NCBI GenBank assembly: GCA_038217285.1
Contig: JBBQPO010000159.1
Coordinates: forward strand, 1-14,602
Direction of reading: 5' to 3'
Length of the DNA: 14,602 bases
DNA from: Chthonomonadales bacterium
GTDB lineage: Bacteria > Armatimonadota > Chthonomonadetes > Chthonomonadales > Chthonomonadaceae
Shown piece after piece: positions 7,793-14,602 of the stretch (position 1 is the stretch's first letter; every line of letters begins with the position of its first letter). The notes beneath the pieces were generated by a model. It worked only from the letters and a program-made list of their open reading frames with translations, ran no database searches and had not been told where the DNA came from. Position numbers and translations under genes: made by a program.

Positions 7793-9148
7793 TCACTTAG
7801 AGAGGGTGGTGGGATCTTTTGGGGACCGGCTCGCGCGGAGGTTCTGGAGCAGCGCGTGGGCGATAGCGAATTTTGGATCGGTTCGGGGAATGGAAGCCAG
7901 CTTCGCTTCGGCGGTATCCAGCAGACCCGCTTTGGTATAAAGGATGCCGAGGGTGAGAGACTGGCCGGAATACTCTTGTGCGGTGCGGTGCAGAGAGGCC
8001 GCCGTCTGTGCGTCCACGACCTGGAACTGCCCGATGGACGATACGGCCCCGCTCCTTTGCGCGATGACCTGCCAGCGGTAACGCTTACCACGCTGCAGAG
8101 GCTTGTCCACTGTCCAGGTCGTGCCGGTCACACCCGCATGCACCTGTTCGTCGTTGGGGTCCGCCTCGTGGGCGTCCGGGACGCGGCGAATCGTCACCGT
8201 GCAGTTCTGATCTGTGCTCACCGGTTTCCAGCGCAGGGTGGGGCGATCTTCCAGGATCAGCGTACCGGCAGGCTGAATCAACGTCGGGCTGGAGGGATCC
8301 GACGCCCCGCCTCGCACTTGAAGCTGATCTCTGTCCATCATCGCGAGGAGGCGATGCGGGCCAGGATCAGGCTCGGTGCGTCGCGTCGCCATCGCCTGCT
8401 CTACGGCCGCCAGCATCTGCGCAGAGTAAGCGGCGGGCGTGGTCTTTGGCGCCTGAGCAAGGCGCGCGTCGAGGTCATGCACGCGCGCGTCGAGATTCTG
8501 AAGGCGCTTCTCCTGGTCGTTACGCAGTTGGTCACTCTGCTGCAAGCGCTTTTCCAGTCCCGCCGTATACGCATGCCCTTGCAGAGCCTGCCTCTCGGTG
8601 TTGGTTTGCTGCGTCAGCAGGGCCTGGTAACGGGCTTCCTGGGGAACAAACAGTCCCCGATAGACCATCAGCGCTCCGAGCGCCGCCACCAGGGACAGAG
8701 CGAAAGCAGCGGTTCTCGGTTGCGCGGTCAGACCGTTCGGGAAGAGCAGACGATGCAGGCGTTGCCGCCACGTCGATGTGGACGTAGGAGCGCCGCCTGG
8801 GCTGTCCGCTGTCGGGACCGATGGACGCACGGCGATGAGGGCGACCAGATCCTGGGCGCAGCGCGGGCAGTCTTCGCAATGTGTCTGCACCCACTCGATA
8901 TCTGTGGCATCGGCGCGGCCTTCGGCATAGCGGGCCAGCACCGTCGGCTCCGGGCACACCGGCGATTGGATCGGAGAGGTCAACCGCTGTCGGAGCGCCG
9001 GGGCGGCCGCGCTGACAGCGGCCAGCAGGCTCCGGCGGCAGTCCGGACAGTCATCGAGGTGCGCCTCGATGGCGAGCAGCTCTTCTTCCGTTTTCATATC
9101 CCCCGCACGGTAGCGTGCGATCTCCTGTGGGACGAGACATGTCGTCAT
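7793..9148 (-). CDS. Membrane-anchored zinc-finger (zf-HC2/ZAS) anti-sigma factor with extracytoplasmic C-terminal domain
   Basis: Two HxxxCxxC motifs (HLDDCPDC, HCEDCPRC), a TM helix AAFALSLVAALGALMVY, a coiled coil, then LIQPAGTLILEDRPTLRW...YRWQVIA...LGILYTKAGLLDTAE. AAGGAAG RBS; lies directly downstream of the ECF sigma gene. Confidence 0.85.
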   Translation of the reverse strand: MTTCLVPQEIARYRAGDMKTEEELLAIEAHLDDCPDCRRSLLAAVSAAAPALRQRLTSPIQSPVCPEPTVLARYAEGRADATDIEWVQTHCEDCPRCAQDLVALIAVRPSVPTADSPGGAPTSTSTWRQRLHRLLFPNGLTAQPRTAAFALSLVAALGALMVYRGLFVPQEARYQALLTQQTNTERQALQGHAYTAGLEKRLQQSDQLRNDQEKRLQNLDARVHDLDARLAQAPKTTPAAYSAQMLAAVEQAMATRRTEPDPGPHRLLAMMDRDQLQVRGGASDPSSPTLIQPAGTLILEDRPTLRWKPVSTDQNCTVTIRRVPDAHEADPNDEQVHAGVTGTTWTVDKPLQRGKRYRWQVIAQRSGAVSSIGQFQVVDAQTAASLHRTAQEYSGQSLTLGILYTKAGLLDTAEAKLASIPRTDPKFAIAHALLQNLRASRSPKDPTTLSK

Positions 9149-9178
9149 ATTCGCTTCCTTAAAGATAACATGATGGCT

Positions 9179-9208
9179 CAGACGCGATTTGCTCCCCGCT
9201 TCTTACCA
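9179..9208 (-). promoter_or_regulatory. Putative ECF sigma promoter for the anti-sigma gene
   Basis: Minus strand reads TGGTAAGA-agcggggagcaaatcg(16)-CGTCTG in the 68-bp sigma/anti-sigma gap. The same motif occurs at 10101 and 12824. Confidence 0.65.
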
Positions 9209-9216
9209 CCTCTGTG

Positions 9217-9945
9217 CTACTCCATGTGAGGCACATGGCGCGCGAGCCGTTGCAGGGCGCATTTGCGCAGGTTGGACACCCGTCCTTGTACCGTCGTCTT
9301 GCCTTCCGCCGTAATCCCCAGGCGCTCCCCGATCTCCCGATCCGACAACGGAAGGCCGCGCCAAAAACTCAGGAACTCTCCCAACGCGATGTCCAGAATC
9401 TTCGCCACCGCACTTATCCTCCCTGCGAGAAGCAGCAGTTCATCCTGACGCAGGCTCAGTAACAGCGCAGCCCGCTGCTGTGGGCGCAGTTCGCAAACGT
9501 GGGGCCAGACCTCCGTGCGAAACCAGTCCTGCGTCAACACTTCCGTCTCGACATCGCCGGGATCCGGCGGCAGAACGCCGTCCGGATGGGACTCCGACCG
9601 CGCAGCCAGATCCTCCACCGAGTCGATTCGCGGACGGCTCTGCGCGCTTCGCGCATCGCTGATCACCAGGTTCCGGGCGATAGCGCGCACAAAGGCGATC
9701 ACATTTTCGATTCGGTCTCCGCCAGGCGCATGGCTGGCGCGCAGCGCGTTGAGCAGGCGGATCTGCGTGTTTTGACACAGGTCTTCCAGGTCTTCTCCAC
9801 GCACCCCCGCAGAGGCCAGGCAAGCGCGTACCTGCGGCAGCGTACACACAACGAGCTCTTCGGCTATCGCTTCGGCTGTCGGCGCTTCCGCCGCGTAGAA
9901 GCGTTCTAAAAGCCCATCTGCGCGCTCGTGGGTCTCAGAATGCAC
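9217..9945 (-). CDS. ECF-type sigma-70 family RNA polymerase sigma factor
   Basis: GTG start after AAGGAG. Region 2: DLEDLCQNTQIRLL...FVRAIARNLVISDAR. Region 4: ELRPQQRAALLL...LSDREIGERLGI...VSNLRKCALQRL. Adjacent to a ZAS anti-sigma gene. Confidence 0.9.
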   Translation of the reverse strand: MHSETHERADGLLERFYAAEAPTAEAIAEELVVCTLPQVRACLASAGVRGEDLEDLCQNTQIRLLNALRASHAPGGDRIENVIAFVRAIARNLVISDARSAQSRPRIDSVEDLAARSESHPDGVLPPDPGDVETEVLTQDWFRTEVWPHVCELRPQQRAALLLSLRQDELLLLAGRISAVAKILDIALGEFLSFWRGLPLSDREIGERLGITAEGKTTVQGRVSNLRKCALQRLARHVPHME

Positions 9946-10029
9946 GTTCTCTCCTTAGAATCGCCCCCTGGTCATTCCTCTCTGTTTCGGCATTCTCCTC
10001 GGGATTCCTTCCTCGTCAGGTTCTGCGGG

Positions 10030-10299
10030 TTCCACAGCCACCTCCCAAGAAACGTCCTTAATGGTGAAATCGGTGCCTGACCAAAAAACATTTTACGGGA
10101 TGGTAAGACCCTCGGCTCCGTTGCGTCTACGTAAGCGTCGCAAGAAATCACCTGCACGGCAGCAGTAGTCTCACCAGTCGGAAGGTAATTTGAAAGCCCG
10201 CCGACCCCGGCTAAATTCCAGAGTCTGTCCGCGTTATTGGCCAAGGAATGGTCAAGTTCCAATTGCCTACCCACCGTCTCCCGAAAGGATCGCTCCATT
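10030..10299 (+). repeat. Duplicated ~270-bp promoter/leader region, copy A (copy B at ~12754-13020)
   Basis: Collinear identical blocks: 23 bp (10035-10057 = 12759-12781), 27 bp (10120-10146 = 12843-12869), 14 bp (10201-10214 = 12923-12936) and 33 bp (10259-10291 = 12980-13012), separated by diverged spacers. Confidence 0.9.
10101..10129 (+). promoter_or_regulatory. Putative ECF sigma promoter for HAF/PEP-CTERM genes 1-2
   Basis: TGGTAAGA-ccctcggctccgttg(15)-CGTCTA, preceded by an A/T tract (AAAAAACATTTT). CGTC is a common ECF -10 core. Confidence 0.65.
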
Positions 10300-11391
10300 C
10301 TGTCTGCACGATTGAACTGTTCCTTCGCGCTGCTCACGCTCTCACTGTCGGCCCTGCCCGCCATCGCCGCCCCGCCGGTCTACCATGTCATTGACCTGGG
10401 CACGCTTGGAGGAACCTCCTCTTACGGCTATGGCATCAACAGCAGCGGAACCGTGGCAGGCTACTTCGGCACAACCGGAATGGCCCCCACCCACGCCTTC
10501 CGCTACGATACCAGCATGCACGATTTGGGCACCCTCGGAGGCACCTCTTCTCAAGCCCTTGGCATCAACAGCAGTGGTACCGTGGCAGGCTACTCCAACC
10601 CAACTGGAAGTAATGCGATCCATGCCTTCCGCTACGACACCAGCATGCACGATCTGGGCACACTCGGAGGCACCTCCTCTCAAGCCTATAGCATCAACAG
10701 CGGCGGCACCGTGGCAGGCTACTCCTTCATAACCGGAGATGCCGCCCCGCACGCCTTCCGCTACGACACCAGCATGCACGATCTGGGCACACTCGGAGGC
10801 AGTAGCTCTTTCGGCCAAGGCATCAACAGCGGCGGCACCGTAACAGGCTTCTCCAGCACAAACGGAAATGCCGCTATCCACGCCTTCCGCAACGACACCA
10901 GCATGCACGATCTGGGCACGTTCGGAGGCGACGACTCTTACGGTTATGGCATCAACAGCAGCGGCACGGTGGCAGGCTCCGCCCAAACAACCGGAAATGC
11001 CGCTACCCACGCCTTCCGCTACGACACCAGCATGCACGATCTGGGCACGCTCGGAGGCAACTCTTCTCAAGCCTATGGCATCAACAGCAGCGGCATCGTG
11101 ATAGGCTTCTCCCAACCAACCGGAAATGCCGCGCTGCATGCCTTCTACTACGATGGAGGTATGTTCGACCTGAACAGCTACCTCGATGCCAGCGGAGCAG
11201 GATGGACTTTGAATGAGGCAGAAGGCATCAACGATACTGGCCAGATCACCGGCTTTGGTGATATCGGTGGCCAGACTCATGCCTTCCTGCTCACCGCAGC
11301 CACCCCGGAACCGGGTATGTGGGCAATGCTGACTGGTATGACCCTTTCCGGTCTAGCCCTGGTGCGCCGCCGCAAGACACGCCAGGCGTAA
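10300..11391 (+). CDS. HAF-repeat extracellular protein with PEP-CTERM sorting signal, paralog 1
   Basis: Signal peptide; seven ~43-aa repeats DLGTLGGxxSxxxGINSSGTVAGxSxxxGNxxxHAFRYDTSMH; C-terminal TPEPGMWAMLTGMTLSGLALVRRRK. The position homologous to the paralogs' ATG is CTG (10300); an upstream in-frame TTG lies at 10237. Confidence 0.9.
   Translation: MSARLNCSFALLTLSLSALPAIAAPPVYHVIDLGTLGGTSSYGYGINSSGTVAGYFGTTGMAPTHAFRYDTSMHDLGTLGGTSSQALGINSSGTVAGYSNPTGSNAIHAFRYDTSMHDLGTLGGTSSQAYSINSGGTVAGYSFITGDAAPHAFRYDTSMHDLGTLGGSSSFGQGINSGGTVTGFSSTNGNAAIHAFRNDTSMHDLGTFGGDDSYGYGINSSGTVAGSAQTTGNAATHAFRYDTSMHDLGTLGGNSSQAYGINSSGIVIGFSQPTGNAALHAFYYDGGMFDLNSYLDASGAGWTLNEAEGINDTGQITGFGDIGGQTHAFLLTAATPEPGMWAMLTGMTLSGLALVRRRKTRQA
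10393..11295 (+). repeat. Intragenic tandem repeats with a 129-bp period (HAF repeats); the same repeats (126-129 bp) occur in paralogs 2 and 3
   Basis: Recurring near-identical block cacgccttccgctacgacaccagcatgcacgatctgggcacgctcggaggc and ggcatcaacagcagcggcaccgtggcaggc. Confidence 0.95.
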
Positions 11392-11455
11392 CTTCCTTGT
11401 CCCGGAGGAACATGCCGTTTGCCTGCCCACCGTCTCCCGAAAGGATCTTTACATT

Positions 11456-12550
11456 ATGTCTGCACGATTGAACTGTTCCTGCACTCTGCTCACGCTCTCG
11501 CTGGCGGCCCTGCCCGCCCTGGCCGCTCCACCGCGCTACCATGTCATTGATCTGGGCAGGCTCGGAGGCGGCAGTTCTTTCGCCTATGCCATCAACAGCA
11601 ACGGCACCGTGGCAGGCCGCTCCGGCACAACCAATCAAGGTTACCACGCCTTCCGCTACGACACCGGCATGCACGATCTGGGCACGCTCGGCGGTGAAGC
11701 CTCTTATGGCTTTGGCATCAACGATAGCGGCACGGTGACAGGATTCTCCCGCACCGCTGGAAATGTCGCTGACCACGCCTTCACCTACGACACCAGCATG
11801 CACGATCTGGGCACTCTCGGAGGCGGCGAGTCTGAAGGCTTCGGCATCAACAGCAGCGGCACCGTGACAGGCATTTCCGACTTAAAAGGAAATGCCGGTT
11901 CCCACGCCTTCCGCTACGACACAAGTATGCACGATCTGGGCACGCTCGGAGGCTACGCCTCTTACGGCTATGCCATCAACAGCAGCGGCACCGTGGCAGG
12001 TTTCTCCCAAACAACCGAATATCCCGCTACCCACGCCTTCCGCTACGACACCAGCATGCAAGATCTGGGCACGCTCGGAGGCCGCGACTCTTTTGGCTAT
12101 GGCATCAACAGCAGCGGCACCGTCACAGGCCACTCAGACACAGCCGAAAGTGGCAACCACGCCTTCACCTACGACACCACCATGCACGATCTGGGCACAC
12201 TCGGAGGCTACAACTCTTCCGGCCAGGGCATCAACGGCAGTGGCACTGTTGTAGGCAATTCCTACATAAACGGAAATGTCGTCCACGCTTTCTACTACGA
12301 TGGCGCTATGTTCGACCTGAACAGCTACCTCGACGCCAGCGGAACCGGATGGACTCTGAATGACGCAAGAGGCATCAACGATGCTGGCCAGATCACCGGC
12401 TTCGGCACCGTCAATCAGGAGGGGGGGCATGCCTTCCTGCTGACCGTGGCTCCGGCCAGTACGCCGGAGCCCGGTACGTGGGCACTATTGGCCGGCATGA
12501 CCGTTTCAGGTCTGGCCCTGGCGCGCCGCCGCAGGACATTCCGCGCATAA
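11456..12550 (+). CDS. HAF-repeat extracellular protein with PEP-CTERM sorting signal, paralog 2
   Basis: ATG after GAAAGGA; signal peptide; seven HAF repeats; TPEPGTWALLAGMTVSGLALARRRR. Confidence 0.93.
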   Translation: MSARLNCSCTLLTLSLAALPALAAPPRYHVIDLGRLGGGSSFAYAINSNGTVAGRSGTTNQGYHAFRYDTGMHDLGTLGGEASYGFGINDSGTVTGFSRTAGNVADHAFTYDTSMHDLGTLGGGESEGFGINSSGTVTGISDLKGNAGSHAFRYDTSMHDLGTLGGYASYGYAINSSGTVAGFSQTTEYPATHAFRYDTSMQDLGTLGGRDSFGYGINSSGTVTGHSDTAESGNHAFTYDTTMHDLGTLGGYNSSGQGINGSGTVVGNSYINGNVVHAFYYDGAMFDLNSYLDASGTGWTLNDARGINDAGQITGFGTVNQEGGHAFLLTVAPASTPEPGTWALLAGMTVSGLALARRRRTFRA

Positions 12551-12627
12551 CTTCCCTCCGGCTCCCAACCACCAACGGGAATGATGATTACCGCCAGACG
12601 GGAAGAATAATTCTTGAATACCGCCCC

Positions 12628-12664
12628 CAGGCCCGCCCACGTTCAGCGCGGGCCTGTTCGTTGT
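12628..12664 (+). terminator. Putative intrinsic terminator after paralog 2
   Basis: CAGGCCCGC-(11 nt)-GCGGGCCTG is a 9-bp GC-rich stem followed by TTCGTTGT. It lies between paralog 2 and the duplicated promoter of paralog 3. Confidence 0.55.
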
Positions 12665-12753
12665 CTCCCGCAGGGCGGGGTGGTCCTTCTTCTCCCGAAG
12701 CCAGGTCATGCAAACACTGGCACCTTGATCCTTCAGCATCCCGCCTTTGTGGC

Positions 12754-13020
12754 TTCCGCAGCCACCTCCCAAGAAACGTCCCCAGTGGTGAAATCCGCAC
12801 CCGATAAAAAATAATTCGCTTGATGGTAAGAGGTTCAACTCTGTTGCGTCTACGTAAGCGTCGCAAGAAGCCACCAGATTGGTGGCAGCAGTTTTGCCAT
12901 TGGGAGGAAATATGAAAACCCTCCGACCCCGGCTAATGTTCACAATCTGCCGACGTTGTTGGCGAAAGGTAGTCAAGTACCAATTGCCTACCCACCGTCT
13001 CCCGAAAGGATCTCTACATT
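12754..13020 (+). repeat. Duplicated promoter/leader region, copy B
   Basis: Matches 10030-10299 at an offset of about 2721-2724 bp. Confidence 0.9.
12824..12852 (+). promoter_or_regulatory. Putative ECF sigma promoter for HAF/PEP-CTERM gene 3
   Basis: TGGTAAGA-ggttcaactctgttg(15)-CGTCTA, preceded by an A/T tract (ATAAAAAATAATT). The spacer has diverged from copy A but its length and both boxes are kept. Confidence 0.65.
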
Positions 13021-14109
13021 ATGTCTGCACGATTGAACTGTTCTTTCGCTCTGCTCACGCTCTCGCTGGCGGCCCTTCCCGCCCTGGCCGCTCCGCCGAT
13101 CTATCACGTCACTGACTTGGGCACTCTGGGAGGCACCGACGCTTACGGCTTTGGCATCAACAGCAGCGGCACCGTGACAGGCTACTCCCAAACTACCGGA
13201 AATTTCGTTTCCCACGCGTTCCGCTACGACATAAGCATCCACGATCTGGGTACGCTCGGAGGCTCGGACTCGTACGGCATTGGCATCAACAGCAGCGGCA
13301 TCGTGGCTGGCGATTCCCGAACAACCGGTAATGCCGCATACCACGCCTTCCGCTACGACTCCAGCATGCACGATCTGGGTACGCTCGGAGGCAACTTTTC
13401 ATCAGCCAATGGCATCAACAGCAGCGGCACCGTAGCTGGCCGCTCCAGAACAACCGGAGGTGCTATCCACGCCTTCACCTATGACACTAGCATGCACGAT
13501 CTGGGCACACTCGGAGGTATCAACTCTGAAGGCTTCGGCATCAACAGCAGTGGCGCCGTGGCAGGAATCTCCGACACACCCGGAAATAGCGCACAGCACG
13601 CGTTCCGCTATGACACCAGTATGCACGATCTGGGCACGCTCGGAGGCATCACCTCTTTCGGTCGAGGCATCAACAGCGCTGGCACCGTGGCAGGCTACTC
13701 CCAAACAACCGGAAATCAAACTATCCACGCCTTCCGCTACGACACCAGCATGCACGATCTGGGAACGCTCGGAGGCGATAACTCTCACGGCAGGGGCATT
13801 AACGGCGGCGGCATCATTACAGGCGACTCCTATACAACTGGAAATGCCGAACAGCACGCCTTCTACAACGATGGCACGATGTTCGATCTGAACAGTTACC
13901 TCGACGCCAGCGGAGCCGGGTGGACTCTGATTGAGGCAAATGGCGTCAATGATACTGGCCAGATCACCGGCTTCGGCATCATCGGTGGCCAGAGTCATGC
14001 CTTCCTGCTGACCGCAGCCACCCCGGAACCGGGTATGTGGGCAATGCTGACTGGTATGACCCTTTCCGGTCTGGCCCTAGCGCGCCGCCGCAAGACACGC
14101 CAGGCGTAA
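13021..14109 (+). CDS. HAF-repeat extracellular protein with PEP-CTERM sorting signal, paralog 3
   Basis: ATG after GAAAGGA; signal peptide; seven HAF repeats; TPEPGMWAMLTGMTLSGLALARRRK. Confidence 0.93.
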   Translation: MSARLNCSFALLTLSLAALPALAAPPIYHVTDLGTLGGTDAYGFGINSSGTVTGYSQTTGNFVSHAFRYDISIHDLGTLGGSDSYGIGINSSGIVAGDSRTTGNAAYHAFRYDSSMHDLGTLGGNFSSANGINSSGTVAGRSRTTGGAIHAFTYDTSMHDLGTLGGINSEGFGINSSGAVAGISDTPGNSAQHAFRYDTSMHDLGTLGGITSFGRGINSAGTVAGYSQTTGNQTIHAFRYDTSMHDLGTLGGDNSHGRGINGGGIITGDSYTTGNAEQHAFYNDGTMFDLNSYLDASGAGWTLIEANGVNDTGQITGFGIIGGQSHAFLLTAATPEPGMWAMLTGMTLSGLALARRRKTRQA

Positions 14110-14257
14110 CTTGCCTCCGGCTCCCAACCACCAACGGGAAAGTGGTTTCGAGAATAGTCTGGAATGACAGCCTACACATGTCGAATGAACGCGCTATCGA
14201 ACGTGTCAGGTTCCATCCTGATGCGGGCACTCTCTAAAAGGAAGAAGATACACGAAG

Positions 14258-14466
14258 ATGAAACTCAAGACAAACACTGCTCCGGTCCTGCTCTGCTGTT
14301 TGGTGGTCATCTCTTACGCGGTACTACCCGCATCAACTGCGTTTGCGGACAGTGCTGTCGCCAGGAACGGCCAGACGGTAACACTCAGTCACTTAGACAT
14401 AGCAGTGGTTCCTTTTCCTACAGGCAATATCGACGGTACTGCGCAGGCTTTTGTTGTTGTTCCTAA
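14258..14466 (+). pseudogene. 5' fragment of a secreted protein gene, probably interrupted by an IS
   Basis: Signal peptide MKLKTNTAPVLLCCLVVISYAVLPASTAFA followed by about 40 aa of mature sequence. The reading frame enters the putative IS end at 14467, so the tail of the 94-aa ORF is antisense transposase sequence. Confidence 0.6.
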
Positions 14467-14602
14467 CTCACCTTACGCAGGCACTCCGATTTGCTTGAGT
14501 TCCTGCAGTTGCTTAAACGCACTGGCCAACGCACTCTGGTAAATCTTGGCTTTCATGGCGTGGTGGTTCATCTTGGTCTGAAGCCGAAGCTTCTCCAACT
14601 TC
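14467..14602 (-). mobile_element. Terminus of an IS701-family-like insertion sequence; continues off the right edge
   Basis: The transposase stop sits inside a putative terminal repeat CTCACCTTACGCAG (14467-14480), preceded by CTAA as candidate target site. The family is assigned from recalled similarity, not from a search. Confidence 0.65.
14473..14602 (-). CDS. Transposase C-terminus (IS701-family-like, DDE), partial
   Basis: Minus-strand frame reads KLEKLRLQTKMNHHAMKAKIYQSALASAFKQLQELKQIGVPA*, resembling the KLExLxxxTKxNHFALKxKxY C-terminus of IS701-like transposases. It is not in the ORF track. Confidence 0.7.
   Translation of the reverse strand, partial: KLEKLRLQTKMNHHAMKAKIYQSALASAFKQLQELKQIGVPA

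Noticed and set aside
7496-9229. 577-aa plus-strand ORF
   Set aside because: It is Arg-rich, antisense to the anti-sigma gene and overlaps the porin gene, typical of a high-GC shadow ORF.
10140-10299. Known riboswitch (e.g. c-di-GMP) in the long leader
   Set aside because: No consensus could be matched by eye, and the hairpin in copy B (GCCACCA-GAT-TGGTGGC) is not preserved in copy A.
12603-12615. Palindrome AAGAAT-A-ATTCTT
   Set aside because: It is short, occurs once and is not repeated at the other paralog boundaries, so it cannot be told from chance.
10393-13900. CRISPR-like look of constant blocks alternating with variable segments
   Set aside because: The period is 126-129 bp and in frame, the variable segments are homologous to each other, and no cas genes are present. 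These are protein repeats.
10393-13900. Diversity-generating retroelement as the source of variation (14 of 18 codons at the first variable site end in C)
   Set aside because: There is no reverse transcriptase or non-coding template repeat in the window, framework AAC codons are almost invariant, and C-ending codons are expected in GC-rich DNA. A genome-wide RT/template search would settle it.
10342-13998. Repetitive minus-strand and alternate-frame ORFs over the HAF genes
   Set aside because: They are by-products of the 129-bp coding repeat. The plus frame has the RBS, signal peptide and PEP-CTERM.

Overview
GC-rich bacterial DNA; the gene content (PEP-CTERM, DUF1549/DUF1553) suggests an Armatimonadota/PVC-like diderm, which is inference. 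From left to right: the 5' part of lon (minus strand, runs off the left edge, missing from the ORF track); a secreted Ig-like + DUF1549/DUF1553 protein; a GT4 glycosyltransferase; a co-oriented pair made of a Cys-rich exported protein and a Cyc2-like monoheme cytochrome-porin fusion; an ECF sigma factor with a double zinc-finger membrane anti-sigma; a divergent tandem array of three 7-repeat HAF/PEP-CTERM surface proteins with a constant framework and hypervariable positions; and a secreted-protein gene cut by an IS701-like element at the right edge. The main observation is an ECF-type promoter motif, TGGTAAGA-N15/16-CGTCT. It occurs upstream of the anti-sigma gene and upstream of both HAF/PEP-CTERM transcription units, which suggests a self-contained ECF regulon controlling a diversified set of surface beta-propellers.
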